Source: Lama glama
Taxonomy: Eukaryota
Length of the DNA stretch: 64,000 nt
Assembly (NCBI GenBank): GCA_028534125.1
Contig: CM052817.1
Span: 17,114,001 to 17,178,000, forward strand
Direction: 5' to 3'
Shown here piece after piece: positions 34,336 to 48,340 of this stretch. Within the stretch, counting starts at the first letter, position 1, and the number at the start of each line of letters is the position of its first letter. Position numbers and translations under genes: made by a program. The notes under the pieces were generated by a model. It saw only the letters and a list, made by a program, of their open reading frames with translations. It did no database searches and was not told the origin of the DNA.

Positions 34336-36861
34336 GATCAAATGATACATGCAGTTCTGTTATTATTCTTGTCTCTATGGCTCTTTAAAATTCAATAGGG
34401 ATTTTGACATTAAGTTATTTGAGCTTTGTGGATATCCTGAGAGAAACTCAGTAGAACCATTGTTGCAAATGGCCTAAGCCAGATTGGCCAATCTCAGATA
34501 TTAGGCTCTTTTTGGTAAGTCTTGGAGAGCCCTTAGAGTCAGAGGTAAGTAAAGATTTGATACTAAAAGGGAGTAAAGGAAGTCAGTATCAGAACCAAAA
34601 TTACTATAAGGATAGATATGTATTAGCCTATGGGCTTAGAGGAAGCTTACAGAATGATCTTACAGCAGTTCCGTAAGCTCTGTGAAGCCCCAGCCCTCCA
34701 TCTCTTTTGGGGATCCCAAAGCACCTTCATGAGGGTTCTCTTGATGAGACCACAACACTCGGTACCAGGGGTAGGGCTCAGGATATTTTAGGGATCAAAC
34801 CTCTGGTACTGTCCTTGAGGGTTAAGGGTGAAAGATCAAATAAAGGCAAGAAGTGTTGCTGAAATATTCTATGCTGAAATACTTTACCTTGACTATCATC
34901 GCTCTGTATATCAAATACCTCTGCTTTTATTGATAGAGCCCACCTGGTACATCCTTTCTTTATGCTAAGAAATCACTAAGTTCCCCCCAATAGAAACTCT
35001 TTTCTAACGTTTTATTAAGTGGATAAGTAGAGCCAAATAATGCAATGTCATGATGGACGTAAAAGTAGAGTAAGTGCTTATAGTCGTGCCTTCTGTGGTG
35101 GGGTCTTTGGGACATAATAGCACACCAGGCCTGGAGTGTGTATACCTAATCAAGGTGACTGAATGCCCCTTATGAATACCCAATAACACTCCTCTCTCAT
35201 TCATATCTCTCTGGCTTTGCTGGCATTTGTTAAAGTAAATTACTAATAATAAGATTTGTACAATTAAAAATCAATCTGAAATAGTGGAAAGAGTCAAACT
35301 CAGAATAGTAATAATAATAAACAGGTACAAATGACTGAATCCTTACTCTGCATGAGGTGCTGAACTACGTTCTTTGCATAAGAGTTTTATTTAATTTTCA
35401 CAAAAACCCCATGAGTTAGATGGTATCACCTTCATTTTATGTATGAGAAAATGGATGCTCAGAAACTGATTTGCCCAAAGAACCTGGCTGGTGTGTGGCA
35501 CAAGATGACTTTGAATTTGGCTCTTTCTGATTCCAAAGTGTGTGTTGTAACCACAGTGCCGCACTGCTTGGACCCGAGACCTGGATTTGACACTTGCCTT
35601 TGGAAATGTTGCTCATCTTGCTGTGTATCAGTTTCCTAATCTGTAAAATGGGGGAGGGGGTAATAATAAACACAATGTTCATGAAGCAGGTTCATAATCT
35701 GAAAATGCTTTTCTTGTGTAAAGTCTCATTGTTTGCATGACCTGGATCCTATTCTGGGCCCTTCACTTAAGTGTCCACATGTCTTCCTTGATGACAGGAG
35801 AGTGGCTGGGAGTGTTTTGTGCAGTGTCCAGCATAACCCCTTGGCCCGATCTTCCCTTGGCTGTTCTGCAGCCTGGGCTTGGGGCCCAGCATCCCAGAGC
35901 CTGCAGCATTTCCTTGAAAGTCATTGCGCAGACAACAGTTCCTCCTGGTTTCTTAGAAACAGCCCCAGGCCATCCTCCTTGAGTGGGCAAGTGTGCATCC
36001 TGGTGATGGTGTGCCAAACACAGTCTTCCTCTGGCAGGTGCTGGACATCCACTGGGGCACAAGGATGTGTTATGAGAGTGCTTGTAGTGTGGGGAAAGAT
36101 GGGTTAAAATCCTATCCCTGGTTGTTCATTCACTCATTCAACACACGTGAATTAAGCATCTACCACTAGGTGGGGAGAACATAGTGGTAAATATGCTGAC
36201 ATATACCCATCTATGGAGCTAGCAGTCTATCAGAGGAGAAAGACAATTAAACACTTGGAGTAAAAAATTTAGTGAAGTGAGCCAAGAATGCATACAAAAT
36301 ACATGAAGAGTTGACTTAGCATAGTCTTGGGGAAGCCAGGGAAGGCTTCCTGGCGGAAGGGATGTTTAATTTGAAGGCGTTTACCTGGTAAGGACAGCGA
36401 GGAGATAGGAGAGACTTCTTTGTAGTGCCGTTTGGTTGTGATTTAGATTTCATAGCTTAGATGCACTTGCATGAGAACTCAAAGGCATCTGCACAGTGTC
36501 ATGCATTGAATAGCATTGCTGGTTTTTCTGCAGTGTGTTCCAGTGTCCAGGCACCAGCTACTTGGAAGTTTGGAGGCAGGGCACAGGCCATGTATTTTTC
36601 ACTAGATTGGATCTCTCAGATGTGATGTGGCTCTAAATCTGACACTTGATGCTTGAAGAGGTGTGTTGCTGGAGGCAGTAGCTTTAGGACTGCCTTCTGT
36701 AGCCCTCCCTTCCTGACGGAGGCAGAGGTGGCAGCTCCCTGGCAGGCTGGTTCTGCAGTGTTGTCCTGGCACCATTCCTGGGGGTCTGGTCCAGAGCTCA
36801 CTGCTCCAGCCTGTCTAATGATATTTGTATCTTTTTTTAAAATATAGATTTAGAAGGTTTT

Positions 36862-37436
36862 TTTCTTTTTTAATTGAGATATATTTGACATGTAATATTG
36901 TATTAGCTTCAGGTATACAACATAGTGATTCAATATTTGTATGTATTATGAAATAATCACCTCAGTAAATGATGCTAATATCCATTACCACACATAGTTA
37001 GAATTTTTTTCTCATGATGAGAACTTTTAAGATCTACTCTCTTAGCAACTGTCAAATGTACAACACAGTATTATTAACTGTAGTCACCACACTGTACATT
37101 ATACTCCATGACTTATTTATTTTATAACTGGGAATTATTCCCTTTGATTCCCTTCACCCATTTGCTCAGCCTCCATTTCCTGCTTCTAGCAACCACCAAT
37201 CTGTTCTATTCATGGGCTCAGTTTTATTTTTTAAATTTTTTAATTAAAAAATTTGTATGTTCCACATACAAATGAGATTATATGATATCTGTCCTTCTGT
37301 ATCTGTCTTATTTCATTTAGCATAATGCCCTCAAGTTCTATCCATGTTGTTGCAAATAGCAGGATTTCCTTTTATTTCCTCAGTGGCTGAATAATATCCC
37401 ATTGTGTGTGTGTGGGTGTGTATGATTATATATACG

Positions 37437-37479
<43 letters not shown>

Positions 37480-37556
37480 CACATTTTCTTTATTCATTTA
37501 TCCATCAGTGGACACTTAGGTTGCTTCCATGTCTTAGATATTGTAAATAATGCTGC
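36862..37556 (-). mobile_element. L1 3' end (L1MA9-like)
   Basis: gatgagaacttttaagatctactctcttagcaact; cattcatttatccatcagtggacacttaggttgcttccatgtc. Confidence 0.9.
37403..37477. repeat. Compound (TG)n/(TA)n microsatellite
   Basis: An uninterrupted TG run at about 37443-37477, preceded by shorter TG and TA runs. Confidence 0.92.
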
Positions 37557-37644
37557 AAGCAACATGGATGCTCCTGGAGAATGTCATTCTAAGTGAAGTA
37601 AGCCAGAAAGAGAAAGAAAAATACCATATGAGATCGCTCATATG
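37557..37644 (+). mobile_element. Young camelid-type L1 fragment running into gap 2
   Basis: Encodes ATWMLLENVILSEVSQKEKEKYHMRSLI (L1 ORF2 end). Confidence 0.85.
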
Positions 37645-38144
37645 NNNNNNNNNNNNNNNNNNNNNNNNNNNNNNNNNNNNNNNNNNNNNNNNNNNNNNNN
37701 NNNNNNNNNNNNNNNNNNNNNNNNNNNNNNNNNNNNNNNNNNNNNNNNNNNNNNNNNNNNNNNNNNNNNNNNNNNNNNNNNNNNNNNNNNNNNNNNNNNN
37801 NNNNNNNNNNNNNNNNNNNNNNNNNNNNNNNNNNNNNNNNNNNNNNNNNNNNNNNNNNNNNNNNNNNNNNNNNNNNNNNNNNNNNNNNNNNNNNNNNNNN
37901 NNNNNNNNNNNNNNNNNNNNNNNNNNNNNNNNNNNNNNNNNNNNNNNNNNNNNNNNNNNNNNNNNNNNNNNNNNNNNNNNNNNNNNNNNNNNNNNNNNNN
38001 NNNNNNNNNNNNNNNNNNNNNNNNNNNNNNNNNNNNNNNNNNNNNNNNNNNNNNNNNNNNNNNNNNNNNNNNNNNNNNNNNNNNNNNNNNNNNNNNNNNN
38101 NNNNNNNNNNNNNNNNNNNNNNNNNNNNNNNNNNNNNNNNNNNN
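37645..38144. other. Assembly gap (500 N)
   Basis: Run of exactly 500 N. Confidence 1.
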
Positions 38145-40919
38145 GAGAAGTCTCAGGAATGGAACTTTTCAAGGGGGAGGGAGGGGTGGCTGGAGGCACC
38201 AAAGGCCAGAGGGACGGTGGGTGGAATAGGGACAGAAGAGTGACCAGCGGGTCAGCTGACACTGTGATCCTGGCAAGAACAGGCTCAGGGAGGGCCACGC
38301 ACCAAGCCCAAATGGCAGTGGGGGAAGAGCTGAGTTAGGAGGTGAGGAAGGTGAGACAGGCTGGAGCACCCTGTGCAGCAGGGATGGAGATTGCAGGTAG
38401 CAGTCTCCCAGGGCTTGAGTTGTCAGAAGGATCCCAGCATGAAGGAAGTTCAGTCTCTGAGACATGCTGGACAATAGAGTATTATTCGTGGTGGAAATGG
38501 AGAAATCTCTCTTCAAATAAAGTGGCAGGAGGGGAGGGGCGCAGGGTCAAGGGGGGGGTGAGTACACGGGCACACCCTGGGCTTCTTTCCTGGAAGGGCG
38601 CTCGGAGGGGGAGGTTATTTGTTTTTTCATGTTAAAGAGAACACTCATCTTTCTAGGAAGTGTAGGTGCAGTGGGAGCCGCAGTTAACAAAGCCTCCTCA
38701 GTTTCTAGCACGTTAACGACTGTCAGACCAGCAGAAGAGAACGGCCCCTCCTCTCCCATATTCGATGTCCTGCTGGTAGCAAGGACATAAATGTTGGCAA
38801 CTTGCTGCCTAATGGCCCATGGAAGTCACGGAGGTGACATCATTAGTGTTGGGGGCCTCAAAAGGGCCTCTCCCTTCCTTCTTAAAGTACTGGAACAATT
38901 AGAAAGCAACAGATAGGATGAAAACTCCTGAAGTGAAGAAACATGGCAAAAATGACATCTGAAGTGTCACTTTGCTAAGTGCAGCTCTGACATTTGAATT
39001 ATGTTTGGCCTCCCCCACAGAAGGGCATGGTAAGGAGTCAGAAATATTTGCACAGCCTTCTGAACTCCACAAGACAAACTTCAGACCACTGGAAGGAATC
39101 AGGACTTGTGCTCTTCTAGTCTCAGCTCTGATCTTATGAGTGACCCTGCTTTTCCCACCACTCTCATTCTCTGCATCCTCCTCCATTCATCAGCAAAACT
39201 GCCTTTCTAGATCTCTGTGTGGATAACTCATTACAGCCTGCCACGGCGCTCGGCCGCTCAAGTGGCAGTGGGAAAAAGTGCTCGTTACTTAATTAGGTTT
39301 AGTCCTTACAACAACCCATTTTATAGACGGGAAAATAGAGGCCAGAACACAGGTCACTGGCATATGGTCTCTCAGCTGTTAAGTGGCAGAGCCAAGTCAA
39401 GAACAGAGATATACCTGGCTCTAAAAAATATGGAATGGTGAATGAGTGAGAGGAAATTGAATGGATGATACAGGAATAATGAAATAACATTATTATATAT
39501 TGTAGAAAAGTAAAGTCCCCCCCTTGGGACTTTTGTTTCTTTCCCTGTTTACTTTCAGAGTCGCCTCCTTGTCTATAAACAACCGTAAGCCAGACAGTCC
39601 TATTAATGGTGGGAGATTTAATCTTCAAAAACTGGGCAAGTTCTGGCACCTTCTTCCTGGCACACAATAAGCTGTACAAGACTGGTAAATCTTAAGGTAT
39701 CCAGAAAAAAATTAAGTGGAAGGCAGGTGAAAAACATCATCTTGTGGTTAAATAAAATTTTATACATCCACAGAATGGAATGCAATGCAACCATTAAAAA
39801 TATGATATTAAGGAGTTATGAGTGGCATATTACATACAATACAAAGTGGGAACAGATGTGTTCATGTATATTATTAACAATAATTGACTTTCAGAAATGG
39901 GATTGTGGTTAATTTTCTTCTTCTTTTTTATACTTTCTAGTGTTTCCCAGATTTCCTTCAATTAGCATTTCTGATTTTTTGAATTAAAAAAATAAATCAA
40001 ACTTTCCATTGTTATTCAGCACTTGCCAAAATCAGTCCACTGGAGTTCATCTTTGCAGGGTGCACTGTGTTCAGAAACCTCAGGTCATCATCTCCTCCCA
40101 CTCTCCATGGACACCCTGACTCTGTGGGGCATGGTTTTCCATTGCACAACATCACACCATTTTGCTTGTCCCTTGACTGGCCTTGGCTAGAGGCTCGAGG
40201 CTTCCGGGCAGCACCATGGTTGTCAGATTTCTTCCTGCCTTGGTAATTTCCATCATCAGGGTTTAGAACTAGGAGATGAAGGCTCATTACACAAAACCCA
40301 GCTAAGAATCTCCCAGGATGAACTGGTTCCCTGAGGAAGACTTGAGAGCCTGCCCCAGCATCCCCGAGGGGATGGCTGCCTCCATCTGCTGACCCCCACA
40401 GAACTGACTTAGAATTACCATCTACCCACAGTTTCACAGTGGTTTTTCTCCATGCCTCATTGGGGCTCCTCAACAGTTCTTACTTTACTTAATTCAGAGC
40501 AAATTGAAGATTTGAAGGTTACGTGACCTCCCAAAGTCCTATGGCTAAAAAATGGCAGAAGTAAAACCTGAACCTTGGGTCATCTGCTTCTAAATCCCTT
40601 GTGCCTTCCGGGGAAGCACTCTGTTGCCTGGGGGTTCCTTTCCTTCCAGAGTCACATCCTGAGGCAATTCATGGGCCACTAGGAGCCACCTTAGGTTGGC
40701 CTTAAGGATCTGTCACTCTGGTCACAAATTGCCCCTCTGGTGAGAGTCAAGGTGTTAACAAATGCTCTATTCCTTGGAAGGAATCTAAATCGTAGAGGAG
40801 CGGCCAGTGCCTCTGGCAAAGCTGTATAAGATCACCAGTAATTCCAGGAACAGTTTCTAAAAATGAATGTATTCCTCTCAAACAGAGGAATAAACAACAG
40901 TCAAAACCCAATAACAACT

Positions 40920-42088
40920 CTACATCATTACTTATCAGGGAAATGTAAATTAAGATCCTTATGAGGTTATTAATCCTTACACATCTATTGGAATGGCTAA
41001 AACTTTAAAGACTGACTGTACCAAATATTGACAAGGAAGTGGAGCAAGGGAACCCTCGGATATTGCAGATGGAAGGGTAAACTGGTTTAACCACTTGGGA
41101 AAACTATTTGACATCATCTATTAAAGACAAACATGCATGCCTAAGACCCAGCAAATCCAGTCCTAGGTATATATCCAAGAGGAATGAGCCCACATGTCCC
41201 TTAAAATATATGTACATGAGTGATCATAGCAGCATTACTAATTAGTAGCAGAAAAACAGGAAATTAACCCAATGACCATCCACAGGGAAGTGAATAAATT
41301 GTGGTTTATTTGTGCAATGAAATACTATACAGCAATCCAAAAAGAAAAAAAAAGACACAGAGTGACAGGAGTAAAACTCACAGGACATGAGGTTGAATGA
41401 AAGAAGCCAGACACAAAGATTGGTATGTAGGAGTATGCCAGAGACGTCTCATAATAGCTCATGAGAACTAATTGTTATATTTTCAGGAATTTTGCAAGCC
41501 AACTGTTAAATGCAGTCTTTATTAAAAATTAAATTATTCAAACGTACAACTAAGTAAATTATATTTAAGACAAAGGCAATGAATACTCCAAACTCTTGGC
41601 TTCCTAATTCTTTTACTACATTTTTCCTATTATCTATGTGACCGAGTCTATTTATATATATTATACCAGTATGGTGGAAACACTGTAGAACTGTGTTCTT
41701 CTGCACATCAGTTCCTATCTCTCTGTTCAGTGACCTCACCTTGATGGCTTCAAACCAGTGACGGTGATTGCCAAGGAAATAGGCTACAAATTAGGTTTTT
41801 TTCTTTTCTTTTTTTTCTTTTAAATTTTGGAAAGCCTGTTGTCAAACATTTACCAGCACACTACAGGTATGATTCCATTTTTATGAAGCTCAAGAATAGG
41901 AAAAACTGATACATGGTTATTACAAGTCAGAAAAGAGGTTACCTGGAGGAGAAGCCCCCTGCCTGGGATGAGGCATGTGGGAAAACTTACAGGGTAGTGG
42001 TCATGTTCTACATTTTGATCACAGTAGTGATTCCCTGGGTGTAAACATATGCATGCATTTTATGTAGGTGATATCTCAGCTTAAAAAT
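40920..42088 (+). mobile_element. Ancient L1 3' region, interrupted by a MER63-like element
   Basis: tcagggaaatgtaaattaaga; gacccagcaaatccagtcctaggtatatatccaagaggaatga; gtatgattccatttttatgaagctcaagaatagg. Confidence 0.82.
41428..41865. mobile_element. MER63-like hAT (Blackjack) DNA transposon
   Basis: ctcatgagaactaattgtt; ctgttcagtgacctcaccttgatggcttcaaa; terminus gttgtcaaacatttaccagcacactac. Partial TSD ggtatg on both sides. Confidence 0.75.
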
Positions 42089-42089
42089 A

Positions 42090-42200
42090 GGGGGTGGAGG
42101 GCACAGCTCAGTGGTAGAGTGTGTGCTTAGCCATGAATATTGGGTTCAGTCCCCAGGACCTCCATTAAATTAAAAAATTTTAATAAAATAAAATAATTTT
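42090..42200 (+). mobile_element. Camelid tRNA-derived SINE, degenerate
   Basis: ggagggcacagctcagtggtagagtgtgtgcttagc..gggttcagtccccaggacctccattaaa followed by an A-rich tail. Confidence 0.8.
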
Positions 42201-45200
42201 CTAAAACAGCTATGCTCCTGGGAGCATCTGCTGTAGGAAAGGAGGGTGGGTTTGGCATTCCCACAGTATCTCCTGTTCTATCTCCGTGAGACAACCTGAG
42301 TTATGAGAGATCCTGGAAGGAGAAAGAGGCTCAGTAACTATCTCCTGTGACATCTGGAGAACAAGATCTGAACTGGGCTACTCTCTATAATTGGCCACAA
42401 GTCCCCCCAGAGTACAGATGATCACAATGGCTAATGTTTATTGAGCACTGTTCTAAGTGCCTTACCTGGGTTCACTCGTTTAATTCCCTCAAAACCTGAG
42501 GGGATTTTATGATTCCTATTTTTCAGAGAGGTCAACGAGCTTAAGGACCAGCTCCAGGTCACGCAGTTGGGAAGTGGCAAAGTCAGGATCTCCAAGGAAC
42601 CTGTCTCCAAGTGCCTATGTTAATCACTCCACCCTCCTAATAATAAATTATCAAAATAATCTGTTATGTTGTTAAATAGTTAGCATCCAGATAACATGGC
42701 ATGGTGCCCATTTCTACATCTCCATTATCTGTACCTGTGGGAAGAGATGGGAGATGGTCCAAACATTTGGCCTCAGTAACCTGCTTCCCTGCCCTCTTGG
42801 ATGTGATAAGCGCCTTGCGGAACTTGTCTGATGTGAAATTAAACTCAAGGGCAATAAAGGTGGTCAGCTGAAAATAATCCCAAGGGGAACCTTGACTGGC
42901 AGTTTCAGGAGTGCAACTGGGTTACCTGTGCCCAGTAAGGGCAATTGTTCCATCACAGAAATGGAAACTCAGAGATAACATATTATCACTGAACCTGCTA
43001 AGTTGAGTCCAGTCTCTCCGGCAAGAGAAATAGTGAGATCCTACCGTGCAGACTGTTGCTTCTGGAAATTAATCATCCCAACTCCACCCTGTATGAGCAT
43101 GCAACTCTCCTCACACACAAATCTGCAGCACAACCCGTGCATCAGGAAATCCACTCACTGCTGAATGACTCTGGGTGGCTTGTGGGTTCATGGGTGGGCT
43201 GAGCTGGGAGGAGCTTTCTAAATCATAGAGCCCTTGCTCTTGTGGGTGGGAAGCCCGAGCTGCAGAGAGAGGTTGTGTACAGGGACCCCATGAAATAGGT
43301 GAGAGAATTCGTCTCTAGCCCATCATTTAGCCTGCTGCACGTCCAATGCATTTGGTGCCAAGAAATATTTCTCCGGTATCTCAGATCCCACCCTCTGTGT
43401 TGGGACATCTAGCCTCCCCAATGGCTGGCTCCACCATGATCATTCTGTCCCAGCCATGATATTCATTGAGTGCCTATTTTCTGCCAGTATGGTGCCTGAC
43501 TGGCTTGTCAGTTGCTGAATCTTACAAGTAAAAGAGCCCTGTGTAGTGCCAGACGCAAAGCGGGGTGTGGGGAGAAAAATGGCCACAGGGAAGATTGCAT
43601 GCATCCAGCTCCTGGAGCTTGAGCCAGGGCTGAGTAGAGGCAGGGCAGAGCCCAGGAGGAGCCAGGGTGAAAATCTCATCTCCTCTTAGCCTTTTTCAAC
43701 ACTCTTGTCGTCTTGGATCCTGCCTCTCCTCTTCTCTATCTCTCTCTTAGTCCCCTCTCTCTTCCTGACAGAACAGAAATAAATCGGAGTGCCAAGGTAC
43801 AAAAGGGGTGGGCTCTGGTGTTACACATACATGCAGACATACACCTAAGACCCTGATCAGCTTCCCTCTTAGTCTCTAAGTGAGCCTGATCTACAAAATG
43901 AAGGGAGTTTCACAGGGCTCCCAAAGGGTTTGGAAGAGGCTATAAACATGCAAGTATATATACACACATACATTATTTGTTTTACTGTGATAGGCACACT
44001 AACAAAAAAAATGAAATGTTCCCTTTTATTATCTCCATACTCAACCTTCCCCCACCCCTAGAAAGAGAGATCAGGCTTTTAATTCTGGAATTTTGCTCCT
44101 AAATCCAAAGGCATTTTGGGCTTTTGGGGCCCTTGATCTCCCAGCCTTTACGTAAGATGGATCTTCAGCCTAGAACTACTGTCTCCTCCTCCTTCACTTG
44201 GTCAATTCCTAATAATACATAAGACTCAGATCAAGGGTTCCTTCTTCCTAGAAGCCATTCCTTATCTCCCCAAAATATGTTCCCTTTCCCAGGGTTCCTG
44301 AGCTGACCTCTTTCTAGTCATGCCCGTAACCCTCAGGACACAGCCTCAGAACTGGGAGTTTCTGCTTTGTGGTCCTTTTCTGGGCCACATTAACCACTGC
44401 ATCCAAGGTCTACACAGAGCAGGGCCCAGGAAAGAATTCCCTCAAGTCAGTAGCGGGGTAATAAAATGCACTGATTCACACTAAAGTGCTGGTGACTTAA
44501 AATCACCTTTCCCAGGTGACTTTGCTTAGTGGAGGACAAAGAAAGGGGGACATAGAAAGACAAACTGCTAGTAGTGAAATTTCAGGAGGTAGGGGGTCTT
44601 TCCTAAAGCTCTTGAGAGAAGATGCAAAACTTTTCCAATGGAAAGGAACCTAGAAGTAAGTAAGTTTTGCTTATTTTCCAACTGTGCTCTGTGCCTGCCT
44701 CGAGGTTCCTGGAAAGTGGGGATGGAGTGGTGAGAAAAGATAAGGATTGGGGGATATGGCCTCAGATCCCCTCCCCCAGTCAGGAAAGGAAGTCTGGCTA
44801 GTATGTTTTCCATGCTAGGTTTATGTGCAAGATTTTATTTAAAGAACACCTTCTACTGCAGGGGTGAAAAATTGATCTAGTCCGACTCAGCCATTTTATA
44901 GATGAGGACAATGATGCTCAGAAAGTTACTGTCAGTTGCCCAGAAAAAAAACATCATGAGGGCCCAGATCTTTTGATTCTCCCACCAGTGCTTATTTCAG
45001 TAGCTGCACTGGTCTCCAAAGCAGACTGTGCACCCAGCTGGCTGCGCCTTGGCAGGAAGGGGGCTCCCTGCATTCTCTTGATTCCCTCCACCCCTTCCCG
45101 AACCACGCTCCCTTAAAGGAGGGGGACAGCTGACATGGTGAAACCACTCCATCTTACTATTCCCTTTCTCAGATGATAAAACCAGGGCTCAGATTCTATA

Positions 45201-45814
45201 GTTCATCCTTGGTGGACCCCAAGCTGCTCCAGAGGAGGAAAAACATGACAGCCTTAATGAGCTCCAGAATCACAACAGCTCTTTCCTGAGACTCTGGGGG
45301 AAAAAAAGCCTGTGATCACTCGTTCCTACTGCTAAGACCATTTGGAATAATTCTCCTTCTAAGTGTTAAGATCCTTCCGGATCCTTATATCAAATTAAAG
45401 GGCTGGCCGAGACTGAGCCGAAGAGGCAACTCAAATAAAAGGTACAAAGGGTCCTGTCATCCTGGGAGATGTTTTCTTTATTTGTGTCTTCTGGAAACCA
45501 GCAGGCAGAAGACAATAGTCCTTTAAGGACTTACCACCAACTGGAACTGCAAGTTACTGTAGGTGCCTCTTGAAAGCCCAAGACAAAACGCACCACAGGG
45601 AGAAAACAAGAGCTATTTCATTTTATGTGGAATCCGACTCTTAAAGTGCCCTTCCCTCCTAATAGATTTTTTACATCTTTTTTCTGTGCCTCTAATTTGT
45701 CTGCCTTATTGTTACTGTGGGAAATGCAGCTCTGTGAACCAAACTCAAATCAGGAGCCAACCTAGACACGCGCAGGGAAAAACAGTATTAACAGCTAGAA
45801 TGTATGTCATCTAC

Positions 45815-45970
45815 ACAATCATCGTGATCCCCATTTTACAGGGGAGGAGACGGGCACAGAGAGGTTAAAAGCAACTTGCCTAAGGACACACAGCTTGGGA
45901 GAGGTAGAGCTAGGCTTCCAAACCCAGGCAGCCTGGGTCGAAACCCACAGCCTTAGCTACTGTACTACAG
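45815..45970 (-). mobile_element. MIR SINE
   Basis: atccccattttacaggggaggagacgggcacagagaggttaaaagcaacttgcctaaggacacacagct. Confidence 0.8.
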
Positions 45971-46858
45971 AATCTTGGCATCTTGCAAAACTATAGATCA
46001 AGGTCTCTCTGCTGGAACTCCGAAGGACACACAAAACAGCAAGACATCTGGGCATCAGGAACCTGGCTGGCCTGATTGAGAAAGGTAAGCAAACATTCCT
46101 CTAGGCAGGATCCTATATCATCTAAATCATAGGACAGAGCCCCTGGGGTGAGTCAGAGACCAGTTGGGAGCACGGCAGGAGCCGTGCAGTCCAGCCACCG
46201 CCACGTGACAGCAGAAGGTAGAGACAGAGCAGGACTTTGCACTCAGGCAGATGGAATCTTGTTTCTCTTCTCACCAGTTGTTAACTTTTGGTAGAGTGTC
46301 TCATTCTCCGACTCAGTTTTCTCATTTGCAAAACGGGGAAATCATTATTAAACTCCAAGGGCTGCCATAAGAACGAGAGGAGAAAACACAGGTCGTCACC
46401 CAGGTGCCAGCCTGGAGGTGCTCAGAAGGCAGGACTGTCTTTCCTTGCCCATCCAGGGACACACCTGCCACCCACCTTACACCACCTGGAGCCACTGCTC
46501 ATCACTTGTGGTTTGATGAGCTCATCCTCATCCTTACCATGCACTTTGTCCTGCTGTCTCCCAGACTCAGCTGGGCTTTGTAGAAAGGACGTGGACTCTT
46601 TTAAAATCAAACCAGTACAAATGTGAAGCCTGGCTCTGATGTTTACTAGTTTGAGCAAATGGCTTTCTTTTGTTGAGCCTCCCTTTTTCTAATGAGCGAG
46701 CAGAGATGCCAGTAACACCTGTTCCCAGGGCCCTTGTGAGACTGAATGTGTGAGCTCACTGGGGGCCGTGGGATCCAGGAATCTCCCCTTTACTCCCAGC
46801 CCTCATTAAACCAAAAGCTGCTTCCTAAAGTTCCCACCGTTCGAGCCTACCTATACCC

Positions 46859-47293
46859 TGTGTTCACTTCCTAGGGCTGCCAGCACCAAGTCCCGCAGAC
46901 CGGGCGGCTTACACAACAGAAGTGTATTGTTTCACAGCTCTGGAGGCTGGAAGTGCGGGATCAGGGTGTTGGTGCAGTGAATTCCTTCTAAGGGCTTTGA
47001 GGAACAATCTGTTCCAGGCTCCTTTCCTAGTTTCTGGGTGGCCTCAGGCCTTCCTTGTGGATGGCCGTCTTATCCCTGTGTGCTCACAGCATCTTCCCTC
47101 CACGTTATCTGTCTTGGTGCCCAAATGTCCCCTTTTTATAAGAATACCAGTCATCTTGGATTAGGGTTCATCCTAATGACCTCGTCTTAACTCAGTCACC
47201 TGCAAAGACTTTATTTCCAAATAAGGCCACATTTACAGGTGGTGAGAGTTGGGACTTCAACCTTTGTAGAGGGACACAACTCAGCCCATGGCA
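46859..47293 (-). mobile_element. MaLR solo LTR (MLT1B/C-like)
   Basis: cctagggctgcc..ggcttacacaacagaag..ctggaggctggaagt; ggattagggttcatcctaatgacctcgtcttaact; gggacacaactcagcccatggca. Confidence 0.88.
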
Positions 47294-47484
47294 CGCTCTA
47301 TGGAATTATGCCGAAGTAGTCATCCCCCTGCTCCAGACCTCAGTACTTGGAGCACGTGGGCTCAGCATTCCTGTCTCCTCTGAGTCTCCCCTTCTCCTGT
47401 CCAGGCAGAACTGCTTATTGGGCACAATTTCCAGATCATTCAGAATCTGCCCTCTGCTCCGGGCATTTTCAACTTTGATAGGAT

Positions 47485-47665
47485 TTTTTGGTAGGATGCT
47501 TTCTAATGTGTTTACAAGGTCAAGCAACCATCACCACAATCCAATTTTAGAACAACTTCTTCCTCCCAAAAGAAACCTCTTGCTCATTAGAATTCACTCC
47601 CTGTTCCCCACCCCACCCCTCAGGCAACCACTCATCTACTTTCTGTCTCTCCGGATTTGCCAAGG
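47485..47665 (-). mobile_element. L1 3' UTR fragment (L1MB-type)
   Basis: caaccatcaccacaatccaattttagaaca..caggcaaccactcatctactttctgtctct. Confidence 0.75.
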
Positions 47666-47799
47666 CCATTCCCAGAATAGAACAGGTTTCTCCATAGGCA
47701 ATATATCTACAAAGAACACAGTGAACCCATCACTTCCCAAGGAAGAGAAACTCCCAGTCATTGCAGCCTGTCAAGCTGGTTTCCCTTGCCTGTTGGTCC

Positions 47800-48340
47800 A
47801 CTTGAATTTTTGAACCTGGGTACAAGAGTTTATATTTAAAACTATTTGGTAAGAATCGAATGATTCTAAACAGCTCTGAATCTGGATTCTGTCATCTGTT
47901 TTAGCCCCCACCCTCAACAGCATCACCTCATCTGAGTCTCACTAGCATGCCTTTCCTGCCCTTCTCTCCAAGTCATCAATAAGAACATTGAGAGCCTGCA
48001 TTCTCAAAGAGGATGACATCACCCTAAAGGGGCAAAATCATTACACTTTCTATGTATAAATCATAGACACGAATACAGTATGTAAACAAGTATACAGTTT
48101 ATCATCTGTGATGTTAAAATTTCATAAAAGGAATGGGTGTTCAGGAAAGAGAGTCTAGTGAGCATCCTTAAGGGAATAATAATGAAAAAGTGGCTGAGAA
48201 ACACTAGTCCAGAGGCTAAGGCTCAGAGCAAAGCAGCACCTGAGTCCCCTGGAGGTCCCGCCAGAGCTGTCAACATCCATCAGCATAATTAACCAACTGC
48301 AACAGAGCCCCTCCACACCAGTCGTGGCCCAATGGCCATT
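47800..48340 (-). mobile_element. CR1/L3 reverse-transcriptase relic split by a MER112-like element
   Basis: The minus strand of 47960-47994 reads LNVLIDDLE (cf. CR1 RT FNIFINDLD). The upstream GVPQG-region remnant follows the MER at about 48210-48280. Confidence 0.5.
47995..48207 (-). mobile_element. MER112-like hAT-Charlie MITE
   Basis: gcattctcaa..tacagtatgtaaacaagtatacagt..ttaaaatttcat..aatgaaaaagtggctgagaaacact. Confidence 0.7.

Noticed and set aside
36862..37644. Opposite-orientation L1 junction at about 37556 as a twin-priming inversion
   Set aside because: The minus-strand part has its own poly-A end, covers the same consensus region and looks older. Two independent insertions explain it better.
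44480..44535. taaagtgctg (miR-17/106-like start) near a small inverted repeat
   Set aside because: The match does not extend beyond about 10 nt and no pre-miRNA-length stem is evident.
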